Source: Candidatus Hydrogenedentota bacterium | Lineage (GTDB): Bacteria; Hydrogenedentota; Hydrogenedentia; Hydrogenedentales; GCA-2746185 | Length of the DNA stretch: 34,282 nucleotides | Direction: 5' to 3' | Assembly: GCA_046583315.1 (NCBI GenBank) | Contig: JAYGCN010000102.1 | Span: 1-34,282, forward strand | Shown here: in pieces, positions 24,867 to 34,282 of the stretch | Position numbering within the stretch: position 1 is the first letter of the stretch | Layout: each line of letters opens with the position of its first letter | Position numbers and translations under genes: made by a program | The notes under the pieces: model-generated | Databases searched by the model: none | Told to the model about the DNA's origin: nothing | What the model saw: the letters and a program-made list of their open reading frames with translations, nothing else

Positions 24867-25847
24867 ATGACCCCCAAGATTTCCCTCGCATTGAGCATTT
24901 TTTCCGGCGCGGCCGATGGCTATTGCCGCGAAGGATACCGGGATACCCCGAAATTACAGGAACGTATCTCAGCCGCAGCCAAAATGAAAGGCGTACAGGG
25001 CGTTGAACTGCAGCAAACGGATATCACGTCTGAACTTAGCGCCAAAGATGTCAAGCGCCTCCTGAAAGATTACAATCTGGAATGTTCCGCTGTATCTGCC
25101 AATTTGGCGCATGATCGTCGTTTTGCCTTGGGCGCATTTGGCAATCAGCATCAGAAGACCCGGAACTCGGCCATTGATGAAGGTCGTAAAGCGGTGGACA
25201 TCGCGCGTACGCTCGGTGCCCCTCTGGTTACAGTTCGTCTTTACACGGACGGCTTCGACTATCCCTTCCAGGTGGATTATGGTACGCATTGGAACACGGT
25301 CATCTCGTCTATCAAGACGATTGCCAAGTATGCGTCTCCGGATGTGAATGTAGCCATTGCTTACAAACCCCGTGAACCCCGCAAACATCTGACAGTGGCC
25401 ACGGTCGGTAAATCACTTTCGTTGTGCCAGGAAATCGCGATGAAAAACGTCGGTGTTGCGATGAACTTCAGCCACGCGATGATGGCGGGCGAGAATCCTG
25501 CCGAATCGATCGCCTTCCTGTCCCGTGCCAACAAACTTTTTGCGGTATACTTTGCCGATAGTTATCGTTCCAATGATGACGGCCTGATTCCAGGAACAGT
25601 GAACATGTGGGAACTGATGGAGGCGCTGTTTTGTTTGAAAACCTCCAAACATAAAGGTTACATGACCTTGGACATGGTGCCGCAGCGCATTGATCCGAGT
25701 CACGCCTGCCAGATTGCCATTGGAAACATGTCCATTTTCTGGAAAAAGCTCGAGAAGCTGGATACCAGCGAAATCCGTCGCGCGCAGAAGACGCTGGACG
25801 CGGTGGAAAGCCAGAAGATCATCCGCCGGGTGATGTTGCAAGGCTAA
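24867..25847 (+). CDS. Xylose isomerase-like TIM-barrel protein with degenerate active site
   Basis: GVEL, DGFDYPFQ.DY, YKPREPR, HA..AGENPAES, D....DD; GGAG RBS before ATG 24867. Confidence 0.85.
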   Translation: MTPKISLALSIFSGAADGYCREGYRDTPKLQERISAAAKMKGVQGVELQQTDITSELSAKDVKRLLKDYNLECSAVSANLAHDRRFALGAFGNQHQKTRNSAIDEGRKAVDIARTLGAPLVTVRLYTDGFDYPFQVDYGTHWNTVISSIKTIAKYASPDVNVAIAYKPREPRKHLTVATVGKSLSLCQEIAMKNVGVAMNFSHAMMAGENPAESIAFLSRANKLFAVYFADSYRSNDDGLIPGTVNMWELMEALFCLKTSKHKGYMTLDMVPQRIDPSHACQIAIGNMSIFWKKLEKLDTSEIRRAQKTLDAVESQKIIRRVMLQG

Positions 25848-25878
25848 TCGTTGAAGGTCATTTCTACCGAAATTCAGG

Positions 25879-25914
25879 CAGCCCGTTAATGGAAACATTA
25901 ACGGGCTGTTTTTT
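25879..25914 (+). terminator. Intrinsic terminator
   Basis: CAGCCCGTTAATG-GAAA-CATTAACGGGCTG perfect 13-bp stem followed by T6. Confidence 0.9.
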
Positions 25915-26000
25915 GTCAAAAATCCCCATTCGTTGCTATTTAGTATGCATTGGAGTAGGATCTATGGAGCAAAAAATACTGATTCAAAGGAGTTCTTACT

Positions 26001-27710
26001 ATTCGTACCTCAGGAAATATACAGGGATTAAAAGCGTCGTCGTTGAGGCGTTTAGAGAAATTGTGCAAGAAACGCAGTCGGACCGATCACATTGTTGAGC
26101 CTGATCTGGCCCGGCAGCTTTCCGAGATAAGCTACGAAATCAAACGCCAAATCGGCCTGCTCATTGACCGGGTTGGCGAGATTCACGAGGTTATTGTGGG
26201 CGATGCGCGTACGGTTTTCCTGCCGGACCTCTCACGGTTTCGTGTTGGCCATGATCGCCTCTGCGGACTTCGTCTGATTCATACCCACCTCCATAAAGGT
26301 GCTCTGGACGAAGACGATTTCACGGATTTGGCTTTGTTGCGCCTTGATCTGGTCGCCGCCATCGAAGTGTTGCCGGATAGTGGATTGCCGGGGCGGGTCT
26401 ATATTGCTCATTTGCTGCCCGCGAATGATGCGGATTTGCCGTGGGAAGTATTGGAACCAATCCGCGTTCATGATTTGAAGGAAGATTTTGAAGAACTCCT
26501 GGACGCGATGGAGGACGAGTTCGCCCGCAAGCGCAAGACCTATCTCGCTGGTGGGAAAGCAGAGAATCGCGCGATTTTGATTCACGTGTCAGACCAATCG
26601 CGTACCAAGATGGATGAGTCGATTGCTGAGCTGAAGGAACTGAGCGAGAGTGCCGGGATTGTTGTCGTGCATACCCTCGTGCAGCGGCGGCGCGTACACC
26701 CGAAATTTATTATGGGTAAAGGCAAGCTCAAGGAGATCGTGATCAAGGGCATGCAGCTGGGTGCCGAGTTGTTGATTTTTGATCTGAATATCACGCCGAC
26801 GCAGACGAAAAACCTCGCCGAGTTATCGGACATGAAAGTGCTTGATCGCACACAGGTGATCCTTGATATTTTTGCCCAGCGCGCGGAAACTCGTGAAGGC
26901 AAGATTCAGGTCGAACTGGCTCAGCTTCGGTACATGTTGCCGCTGCTCAGCGCCAAACACACGGCCATGTCGCGGCTGACCGGTGGTATCGGTGGACGCG
27001 GTCCGGGTGAAACGAAACTGGAAGTGGATCGTCGTCGCGCGCAACAACGTGTGACAACGTTGCAACGCGAAGTGAACAAGCTGGGAGAGCGCCGGCGCCT
27101 GCGTCGTACGCGTCGAACGGAAAAAGGTGTGCCAACGGTGTCGATAGTGGGGTATACCAATGCCGGGAAATCGACCTTGCTGAATCATCTGACCCGTAGC
27201 GAAGTAATCGCGAAAGATGCTCTGTTTGCGACCCTAAACCCCGTATCGCGTCGGTTGCGCTTCCCACAGGAACGCGAAATCGTCATCACGGATACGGTGG
27301 GCTTTATTCGTCAGCTCCCCACCGAATTGATGGACGCCTTCAAGACTACATTCGAAGAAATTGAACCGGCGTCGCTGTTGCTGCACGTGCTCGACGCGTC
27401 CAGTTCCGAAGTCGACGAACATCACGACGCTGTTCGCAAAATACTGGCTGAACTGGAGTATGACGACAAGCCGTCCTTGACCATACTGAACAAAGCGGAT
27501 AAATGCGACCCCGAAATTCTTGAGCAGCTCGTGAAAAAGTATGATGGTATCGCGATTTCCGCGCTCGACAAAGATACCTTTCCCGAGTTGCTGCAACGGA
27601 TGGAGGAATATCTTTGGGCAGAAACTTCGGTCGCCATGGAAACCTACGCGAGTTACCAGGAGCCCGAGCCCGTGCCGGAATCCCTACCGACCAATCAGGA
27701 TGTCGTGTGA
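26001..27710 (+). CDS. hflX: Ribosome-splitting GTPase HflX, long N-terminal form, probable ATT start
   Basis: DRTQVILDIFAQRA, QVELAQLRY, RGPGETKLEVDRR, GYTNAGKST, FATL, DTVGF, NKAD. AAAGGAG lies 8 nt before the in-frame ATT at 26001 (track start is TTG 26043). Confidence 0.93.
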   Translation: MRTSGNIQGLKASSLRRLEKLCKKRSRTDHIVEPDLARQLSEISYEIKRQIGLLIDRVGEIHEVIVGDARTVFLPDLSRFRVGHDRLCGLRLIHTHLHKGALDEDDFTDLALLRLDLVAAIEVLPDSGLPGRVYIAHLLPANDADLPWEVLEPIRVHDLKEDFEELLDAMEDEFARKRKTYLAGGKAENRAILIHVSDQSRTKMDESIAELKELSESAGIVVVHTLVQRRRVHPKFIMGKGKLKEIVIKGMQLGAELLIFDLNITPTQTKNLAELSDMKVLDRTQVILDIFAQRAETREGKIQVELAQLRYMLPLLSAKHTAMSRLTGGIGGRGPGETKLEVDRRRAQQRVTTLQREVNKLGERRRLRRTRRTEKGVPTVSIVGYTNAGKSTLLNHLTRSEVIAKDALFATLNPVSRRLRFPQEREIVITDTVGFIRQLPTELMDAFKTTFEEIEPASLLLHVLDASSSEVDEHHDAVRKILAELEYDDKPSLTILNKADKCDPEILEQLVKKYDGIAISALDKDTFPELLQRMEEYLWAETSVAMETYASYQEPEPVPESLPTNQDVV

Positions 27711-28705
27711 TGCGGTCTGCGCGTCTTCTTGTGCTGCTAACGTGTTGCTGCGTCGCGTCACTTTTGGTATTTGCGGAAAGTGAAATTGATTGGCATTCGA
27801 TCGCTGCGCAAGGCGACCTCTCCATGAAGGCTTACCATGAAGCGATTCGGAAGGGTGATCAAGAGACGGCCCACGCTGAAAAAGAAAAGGCTCAGGCGGC
27901 ATTCGCTGAGGTCGCAAAGTGGGCCTTGACCATAGCGCCTGAGCGTCTTGATGATCCCGAGGCTGCCCGTCGATATGGAAAAACGCTTGAATTGGCGCGG
28001 CAGTATGATCTGGCTGCGCGTGGATATACTCGGGCATGGGTGATAGACCCCGAGGATGAGGATTCGGCCGTCGCCGCCGCTCGAAATTGCCGTAAATCAG
28101 GCCCTTCATTCTTTGAGGAAGCGTTGGACATTCTGCGCGCGGTCCTTAGGGATGACACCCTTGAATCGAAACCCTCATCGGAAGCGAACGCGGAAATGGG
28201 ACGTATCTTCCATGAAATGAAACTGATCCGCCTGGCTCAGCCTGCATACGTCAAGGCGAAAGAATCCGATCCAACTTCAATCGTTGCTCGACTCGGCCTT
28301 GCGATCATCGATATATCCGAGGGACGGCTCGTGGAGGGGAATTCGGCACTCAATCAATTGACCGGTCTTGATGAGATCGATGCACGGTTTTTGGATGTCG
28401 CGCTGCCGGATGCCCTGAGTCGATTGGACAAGCGTCAGATCGCCATACCGGGTAATGCTGATGCCCATGCGGCATACGCGCAACTTTTGGACCGGGCGGG
28501 TCGGTCCTTTGAAGCGCTGACGGCCATAGAACATGCCGTGATGTTGGACAACTCTCAGTATGTGTGGTACAACTTGAAGGGCGGAATCGCATACCGGCAA
28601 GGGATGGCCAATCGCGCTATCACCGCCTATACTAAGTCGCTGGAGATGAATTCGGACCAGCCCGTGACGCGTCAGATGCTTGTTCGCTTGCAATCCGGAC
28701 AATAA
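27710..28705 (+). CDS. Exported TPR-repeat protein
   Basis: ATG overlaps the hflX TGA; signal peptide MRSARLLVLLTCCCVASLLVFA; TPR-like helices such as WYNLKGGIAYRQG..NRAITAYTKSLEMN. Confidence 0.75.
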   Translation: MRSARLLVLLTCCCVASLLVFAESEIDWHSIAAQGDLSMKAYHEAIRKGDQETAHAEKEKAQAAFAEVAKWALTIAPERLDDPEAARRYGKTLELARQYDLAARGYTRAWVIDPEDEDSAVAAARNCRKSGPSFFEEALDILRAVLRDDTLESKPSSEANAEMGRIFHEMKLIRLAQPAYVKAKESDPTSIVARLGLAIIDISEGRLVEGNSALNQLTGLDEIDARFLDVALPDALSRLDKRQIAIPGNADAHAAYAQLLDRAGRSFEALTAIEHAVMLDNSQYVWYNLKGGIAYRQGMANRAITAYTKSLEMNSDQPVTRQMLVRLQSGQ

Positions 28706-28727
28706 TTTGGCTGTTGGGCGTATTTGG

Positions 28728-28756
28728 TTGGAATTGTGTAAATGTTTTGTTATACT
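28728..28756 (+). promoter_or_regulatory. Putative promoter of the mre operon
   Basis: TTGGAA-17nt-TATACT with an extended -10 TG. Confidence 0.55.
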
Positions 28757-28849
28757 GGACTCGAATTCGGGGGAATTCTCGTAAACTCCTTTCCTCGAAT
28801 GTTTTAGGGGAATTTGGCTGCGCAGTTTACGTGAAAGAGGGGATTCATT

Positions 28850-29881
28850 TTGCGTTCATTATTTCGGATGATGCCAGGACTTTTCTCGCACGACATGGGA
28901 ATCGATCTAGGGACGGCCAATACGTTGGTCTACGTAAAAGGGCAGGGGATTGTACTAAGCGAACCTTCTGTGGTGGCCATCGACAAAGAACGCAACGGAG
29001 AGGTGTGCGCGGTCGGCAATGAAGCCAAGAATATGATCGGTCGAACGCCGGGGAACATCGTGGCCATTCGCCCGCTGAAGGACGGTGTAATTGCAGATTT
29101 CGAGTACACCGAGGCGATGCTTCGTTACTTCATGCAGAAAGTACACAACCGAAAAAAATTGGTGACGCCACGTGTGGCGGTGAGCGTGCCATCGGGTATC
29201 ACCTCTGTAGAAGAACGCGCGGTAATTGAGAGCGCGCGTAAGGCAGGCGCCAAACAAGTTTATACTATTGAAGAACCCATGGCGGCGGCGATCGGCGCGG
29301 GGTTGCCGGTTGATGAACCACAAGGGTGTATGGTGGTGGACATCGGCGGTGGCACGACGGAAGTGGCGGTCATCTCGCTGGGCGGAATCGTATTCTCGAA
29401 ATCAGTGAAAGTCGCCGGTGACGAAATGGATCAAGCGGTCATTCAGCATCTCAAACGAACCTACAACATGTTGATCGGTGAACGCACGGCGGAAGAAATC
29501 AAAGTCAAAATTGGATCCGTGTATCCCATCAAAGAAGAAATGGAAATGCAGGTAAAGGGTCGCGATCAAGTCATGGGGCTGCCCAAGATCCTAACGATTA
29601 CCTCCGAAGAAATTCGCGAGGCACTGCGCGAACCGGCGAGTGCGATACTGGATGCGATTCGTGTCACACTTGAACGTACACCGCCTGAACTTTCCGCCGA
29701 CATTGTTGATCGCGGAATTGTGCTGGCGGGTGGCGGCGGATTGTTGCGCGGACTGGATCAGCTGGTCGCGAAAGAAACGGGACTGCACGTAACCATTTGC
29801 GAGGATCCCTTAACCGCCGTCGTGCTGGGGACAGGTCGCTACCTGGAAGGCATGAAACGGGTCAGGGGAAAAGCTATCTAG
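28850..29881 (+). CDS. mreB: Rod shape-determining protein MreB
   Basis: [54 protein letters not shown]. Confidence 0.97.
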   Translation: MRSLFRMMPGLFSHDMGIDLGTANTLVYVKGQGIVLSEPSVVAIDKERNGEVCAVGNEAKNMIGRTPGNIVAIRPLKDGVIADFEYTEAMLRYFMQKVHNRKKLVTPRVAVSVPSGITSVEERAVIESARKAGAKQVYTIEEPMAAAIGAGLPVDEPQGCMVVDIGGGTTEVAVISLGGIVFSKSVKVAGDEMDQAVIQHLKRTYNMLIGERTAEEIKVKIGSVYPIKEEMEMQVKGRDQVMGLPKILTITSEEIREALREPASAILDAIRVTLERTPPELSADIVDRGIVLAGGGGLLRGLDQLVAKETGLHVTICEDPLTAVVLGTGRYLEGMKRVRGKAI

Positions 29882-29884
29882 GCC

Positions 29885-30805
29885 GTGTCCATTTCGCATC
29901 GAATAGGCCAAGACCGATCAACCCTGACATTTTTGGTGCTCGTTGTATTTTCAATTGTTTCTCTGGCGTCCGGCATGCGCGGTGGATTGATAGGAAACTC
30001 GATCAAAACGGTGGTGGGCGTGGGTGTAATGCCGTTTTTGACCGCCCTGAATGCTGTGGGAAACGCCTCCAATTACGTATCCGGCCTCTTCTTTGAATAC
30101 AACACGATGCGGAATACCCTGGACGAAAATCAATCTGAATTCGCTGAATTGCAGAACCGAATGGCGCAATTTTATGAGTACCGTGCAGAAAACGAGCGCC
30201 TCCGAACGATGCTTGTTTTTCAGCGCTCGGAAACGCAGTACAAAATGCTGCCGGCAGAAGTGATTCAGCACGCCGACGGAGTACTCACGATCGATCGCGG
30301 TCGCGCGCATGGGGTCCGGGAATCGATGTGTGTTATTACGCCGGAAGGAATCATCGGACTGGTGCGTCACGTGGGTCCCTTCACCTCGAATGTGGTCACG
30401 CTACAGAGTACCGACTGCCGTGTCGATGCCATGATTGAATGGAATCGCGTGCGGGGTCAGGTGCAAGGTACGGGTAACGATCTTTCTTCCGTCTGTTCGA
30501 TGCATTACATCGATTTAAACCATTCCGTGCAAGACAATGATCTTGTGGTCACGAGTCCGGACAGTGTCTTTCCCAGCGGCTTCCCCATTGGTCGGGTGGT
30601 TGGAACTTCCGAACGCGGACATCTTTCGCAATCGGCCCTCATCATGCCTTTCGCCGATCCCTTTAGTGTCGACGAAGTCTTTGTGTTGCTGGCCGCCGAT
30701 ACCTCTGCTATCGAACTTGCCGGTGGGCCGTCCCCGGAGATTCAGCGACTCGTTGATCAGGGCTTAATGGATACGGGAACGATTCAAGAACGGTATGCGC
30801 CATGA
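29885..30805 (+). CDS. mreC: Rod shape-determining protein MreC
   Basis: N-terminal TM, coiled coil ending ENERLR.ML, IDRG..HGV, VVTS....FPSGFPIG.V; lies after mreB. Confidence 0.92.
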   Translation: MSISHRIGQDRSTLTFLVLVVFSIVSLASGMRGGLIGNSIKTVVGVGVMPFLTALNAVGNASNYVSGLFFEYNTMRNTLDENQSEFAELQNRMAQFYEYRAENERLRTMLVFQRSETQYKMLPAEVIQHADGVLTIDRGRAHGVRESMCVITPEGIIGLVRHVGPFTSNVVTLQSTDCRVDAMIEWNRVRGQVQGTGNDLSSVCSMHYIDLNHSVQDNDLVVTSPDSVFPSGFPIGRVVGTSERGHLSQSALIMPFADPFSVDEVFVLLAADTSAIELAGGPSPEIQRLVDQGLMDTGTIQERYAP

Positions 30806-30832
30806 ACGAACGATTGATACGAGGTGACGTGC

Positions 30833-31339
30833 ATGCGGCAGCTTAGCATCTGGGCGATAGTGGTGATTGGGCTTGCGTTGTTGGAAGCCACGTGGCTCCC
30901 TGTCATCAGCATTCAGCGTGTCGTGCCAAATTTGATGCTCGTGCTCGTCGTCTATTTTGCAATTACGGAAGGCACCGAACGCGGAATGTATACCGGCCTA
31001 ATTGGCGGTATTTTCCAGGATGTTTCCAGCAACACCGGCATCGGTCACCATGTTTTGTGTCTAGTCGTGGTTGGATTTGTGGTGGGGAGAATGGCCCGTC
31101 GCCTCATTACGGATAACCCCTACGTGAAAACCGTCACGGTGTTTGTCGCCAGCATCGCTCACGGGATTTTCTATCTGCTCATTGAATACGTTCAAAAAGT
31201 GGATGCGGGTGCCATCTATACGATGTCCTTCTCTGTGATGCCGGAAGCCTTTTACACCGCAGTCGTCACGCCGATCATTTTCTATCTTATTGAGCGTATT
31301 CGTCCCGTTTCCATCTACGGACAGGGGTACAGCACATGA
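30833..31339 (+). CDS. mreD: Rod shape-determining protein MreD
   Basis: Hydrophobic ~168 aa with PNLMLVLVV and GIFQD; GAGGTG RBS; synteny. Confidence 0.9.
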   Translation: MRQLSIWAIVVIGLALLEATWLPVISIQRVVPNLMLVLVVYFAITEGTERGMYTGLIGGIFQDVSSNTGIGHHVLCLVVVGFVVGRMARRLITDNPYVKTVTVFVASIAHGIFYLLIEYVQKVDAGAIYTMSFSVMPEAFYTAVVTPIIFYLIERIRPVSIYGQGYST

Positions 31340-33309
31340 GCCTGGATGTAGACGAAGAACGATATGACGGATTTAGCGGGCGCATTCGATTTATCAGCAT
31401 ACTGCTGGCCATCGGCATGCTGATCCTCATTTTCAGGTTGTGGTCGCTCCAAATTGTTCGGTGGGATGAGTTTCGCTCCCAATCAAACAACAATCGCCTG
31501 AGACCGCAACGTCTGGAGGCACCCCGCGGCATGATTTACGGTCGCAATGGCCTGCAAGAGAAGGTCATTCTTGCTGACAATCGTGCGGCTCGGGACTTGA
31601 TGTTTGTGTTGGCGGATTGTGACGTTGAGCCCGAAGTGGTCTGTGCGCGCCTGGAGAGTCTGCTGCATATTGATGCCGAGGAACTCTTGGCGAAGATAGA
31701 AGCGGCGGACAAGGCCAATCAACCCCACCGTCAGCTGCTGATTCGTCAGGATATCCCAAGGGGTGTCGCCGCCCGAATTGAAGAGTACGGCTACGCATTG
31801 CCGGGCGTATTTACGGTGGTGCGACCCGTGCGGCGTTACGTCTACGGAAAAACCGGCGGTCAAATCATGGGCTATCTGGGTGAAATCAGCCAGCGTGAGC
31901 TTGACCGGGGTTTTGAAGGCTATCAACAGGGTGATCTTATCGGTCGATCCGGGGTGGAACGGATATTCCAGGATACCTTGCATGGTCAAGATGGACGGAT
32001 GCTGGTTACCAAATATGCGACCGGCTTGCCGCAATTGCGAACAGACCCCTATGGAAAGGTTTACGATGACAACATCGTGGATAGTTTCGGCCATCGTCTA
32101 AAGCTTGAGGAGGAAACGGAGTGGCCCGTTCCCGGTCGCTCAAAACAGCTGACACTGGATATCGGCTTGCAGGCGTATTGTGAGAATCTATTGAAGGGAG
32201 AAGAAGGCTCCATCGTTGTGCTAAATGCCGACACGGGTGCCGTATTGGCCTTGGCGAGTGCGCCTGGATACGATCCGAGCGTCTTTGTGTCGCCACTTGC
32301 AGGACGAGAGCGCACCGAAATCCTCACGAGCAAACCGAATCGTATGAAGAATCGAAGTTTTCAGGAAATTTATCCTCCCGGGTCGACCTTCAAGGTGTTA
32401 CTCGCCGCGGCTGCGTTGGAAGAAGGAGTGATCAACGAAAACACGACTTTTTTCTGTGGCGGGAAATTTCGCCTGCCCAACGTACGACGCCCGTGGGGGT
32501 GTTGGAAGCATTCCGGGCACGGAAAAGTCAGCGTGGTCGATGCATTGGCGTTTTCCTGTGACGTGTTCTTCTACAACGTCGGTCGCGAGCTGGAGATCGA
32601 CCGCATCAGCGAATGGACGAACAAATTTAACTGGGGTGTTCGCACGGGTTTGGATTTGCCCGGAGAGGCCCGGGGGTTAATCGCTGATCGCGAATGGAAA
32701 CGTGAGTACATGCGTAAGAAAGTTCCAGATGATCCGTCAGAATGGAATTGGTATCCGGGTGATACCATCAATTTCTCGATTGGCCAGGGGGGATGTTCCG
32801 CCACGCCGTTACAAGTAGCCGTTTTGATGGCGACGATGTCGAATGGGGGGCACATCGTAACGCCTCACCTGGATACTTCGGCCGATGTACGCCTTGGCGA
32901 TCCGATCATCAGCGCGAAAACCATCGATATCATTCAGCGAGGCATGCGTAAATGCGTTGAGAAGGGGCCGCCAGCCCCATCCGGAACGGGACACGTCGCG
33001 CAGATTGATGGATTCGATATTCTCGGCAAAACAGGCTCGGCTCAGATCGTGAGCTTGAGTGTCCAAAATGAGTATGGCAAAGAAGAGGAAATACCGAAAC
33101 ACTTGCGGGATCATGCCTGGTTTATGGGGTCTGTGCTGGATCGCGAACCGAAGATCGCCGTGTGTGTGCTCTTCGAACACGGGCATCACGGCAGTAGCGC
33201 TGCGACGCCTTTGGGCCGCCAGGTGATCGAGTATTTCTACGAGTCCATAACGCCATCGATAGACGTGAAGCTCGCCCAGGAGCGAGAGTCCGATGAGGCA
33301 CCTCGATGA
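31336..33309 (+). CDS. mrdA: Penicillin-binding protein 2
   Basis: N-terminal TM, APRG.IY, YPPGSTFK (SxxK), SCDVFFY, GKTGSAQ, DHAWF. Confidence 0.95.
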   Translation: MSLDVDEERYDGFSGRIRFISILLAIGMLILIFRLWSLQIVRWDEFRSQSNNNRLRPQRLEAPRGMIYGRNGLQEKVILADNRAARDLMFVLADCDVEPEVVCARLESLLHIDAEELLAKIEAADKANQPHRQLLIRQDIPRGVAARIEEYGYALPGVFTVVRPVRRYVYGKTGGQIMGYLGEISQRELDRGFEGYQQGDLIGRSGVERIFQDTLHGQDGRMLVTKYATGLPQLRTDPYGKVYDDNIVDSFGHRLKLEEETEWPVPGRSKQLTLDIGLQAYCENLLKGEEGSIVVLNADTGAVLALASAPGYDPSVFVSPLAGRERTEILTSKPNRMKNRSFQEIYPPGSTFKVLLAAAALEEGVINENTTFFCGGKFRLPNVRRPWGCWKHSGHGKVSVVDALAFSCDVFFYNVGRELEIDRISEWTNKFNWGVRTGLDLPGEARGLIADREWKREYMRKKVPDDPSEWNWYPGDTINFSIGQGGCSATPLQVAVLMATMSNGGHIVTPHLDTSADVRLGDPIISAKTIDIIQRGMRKCVEKGPPAPSGTGHVAQIDGFDILGKTGSAQIVSLSVQNEYGKEEEIPKHLRDHAWFMGSVLDREPKIAVCVLFEHGHHGSSAATPLGRQVIEYFYESITPSIDVKLAQERESDEAPR

Positions 33310-34282
33310 GTCTATCCGTTCCCAATGACATGTCGCGTGCCAACATTCGACTCTTCAACTTGGGAAATTTCGCCCGAATGGATTGGGTGTTGTCGCTACT
33401 GGTCCTGATGCTGGCGGCGATCGGCATTCTGGTGTTGTACAGCTCCAACCGGAGCGCGTCGACGGTGACTGGGGCCGCACCCTACTACCTTCGTCAGTTA
33501 ATGTTCATTCCCGTGGGGGTGTTACTCGCGTTGATGATTATGTGCATCGATTACCGGGTGTTGGTGTCACTGGGACCGCTATTTTATGTCGCGCTGGTGG
33601 CATTGCTCGTCTTGGTCATGTTCTTTGGTGACACGGCAAAGGGCGCGACCCGTTGGCTCGTTGTAGGTCCCATACGTTTTCAGCCCTCCGAACAGAGCAA
33701 GCTGGCACTCATCTTCATGTTGACCTGGTATTTTACGACCATAGGCAATCGAATTCAGAAACTACCCTACTTTCTGTTGACCTTTCTGATTGCAGCGGTC
33801 CCGGGTATTTTGATCCTGAAACAGCCCAGCCTGGGTACCGCCACAACCTTGGGGCCAATCACCTTCGCGATGCTCTATATTGCCGGCTGTAAACGCTGGC
33901 ATCTGGCTGCGATTGTGGGGGCGGGTGCCGTCACGATACCCATCGCGTGGTCCAAGGTGTTGACTCCCTACCAGCGAACCCGGGTAAGCACGATTTTTGA
34001 TCCCGGCTCCGATCCCCTGGGTGATGGGTATCAGACCATACAGAGTATGATATCCGTTGGTAGCGGAGGAGCATCGGGCAAAGGGTTCATGGAAAGCACG
34101 CAGACCTATCTCAGTTATATGCCCGAGCATCACACGGATTTCATTTTCTCGCTGTTGGCCGAAGAATGGGGGTTTCTCGGAAGTACCTTCGTTGTGGTAT
34201 TGTTCTTACTCTTGTTCTACCGGGGACTGGGGGTTGCCCAGAGCAGTCAGGATTTGGCGGGAGCACTTCCGGCCGTGGGAAT
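33306..34282 (+). CDS. rodA: SEDS peptidoglycan glycosyltransferase RodA, 3' truncated by window (not in ORF track)
   Basis: My translation starts MSLSVPNDMSRANIRLFNLGNFARMDWVL and contains KGATRW, FQPSE, QPSLGT, VGSGG..GKG and PEHHTDFIF. The ATG overlaps the mrdA stop. Confidence 0.93.
   Translation, partial: MSLSVPNDMSRANIRLFNLGNFARMDWVLSLLVLMLAAIGILVLYSSNRSASTVTGAAPYYLRQLMFIPVGVLLALMIMCIDYRVLVSLGPLFYVALVALLVLVMFFGDTAKGATRWLVVGPIRFQPSEQSKLALIFMLTWYFTTIGNRIQKLPYFLLTFLIAAVPGILILKQPSLGTATTLGPITFAMLYIAGCKRWHLAAIVGAGAVTIPIAWSKVLTPYQRTRVSTIFDPGSDPLGDGYQTIQSMISVGSGGASGKGFMESTQTYLSYMPEHHTDFIFSLLAEEWGFLGSTFVVVLFLLLFYRGLGVAQSSQDLAGALPAVG

Noticed and set aside
25964..26003. Programmed frameshift at the A6 run (25971-25976) joining the uORF to hflX
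   Set aside because: The hflX frame has a TGA at 25980-25982, just after the run.
1..34282. CRISPR arrays, IS elements, prophage or defence genes
   Set aside because: I saw no regularly spaced repeats, or transposase, integrase or phage motifs.

Overview
Bacterial chromosomal segment made up mostly of housekeeping and envelope genes: an FHA-GAF-kinase-like protein, a CCA-adding enzyme, a DUF2339-type membrane protein, hemE, a PilT/PilU ATPase, a DegT aminotransferase, fabI, ilvE, a class II aldolase, two GT-C-like membrane proteins, nagB, a class I/II aminotransferase, a transglutaminase-like protein, a PaaI thioesterase, hflX, a TPR protein and mreB-mreC-mreD-mrdA-rodA (cut by the window end). 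I saw no tRNA, rRNA, CRISPR array or transposase. The most interesting locus is 24170-25915. It holds a candidate stand-alone ~205-nt small RNA with its own sigma70-type promoter, operator-like palindrome and terminator, and three exposed UUCCC(CC) anti-Shine-Dalgarno-like motifs. A second promoter and a ~160-nt hairpin-rich leader follow, then a basic xylose-isomerase-fold protein that has lost most catalytic and metal-binding residues. Other notable signals are a probable AUU start codon for hflX, a 15/16 match to the parS consensus, a 27-bp motif upstream of three promoters, a 51-aa membrane microprotein missing from the ORF track, two more probable pseudoenzymes and a frameshifted AT-rich gene. 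All family calls come from motif recognition by eye; no database searches were run.
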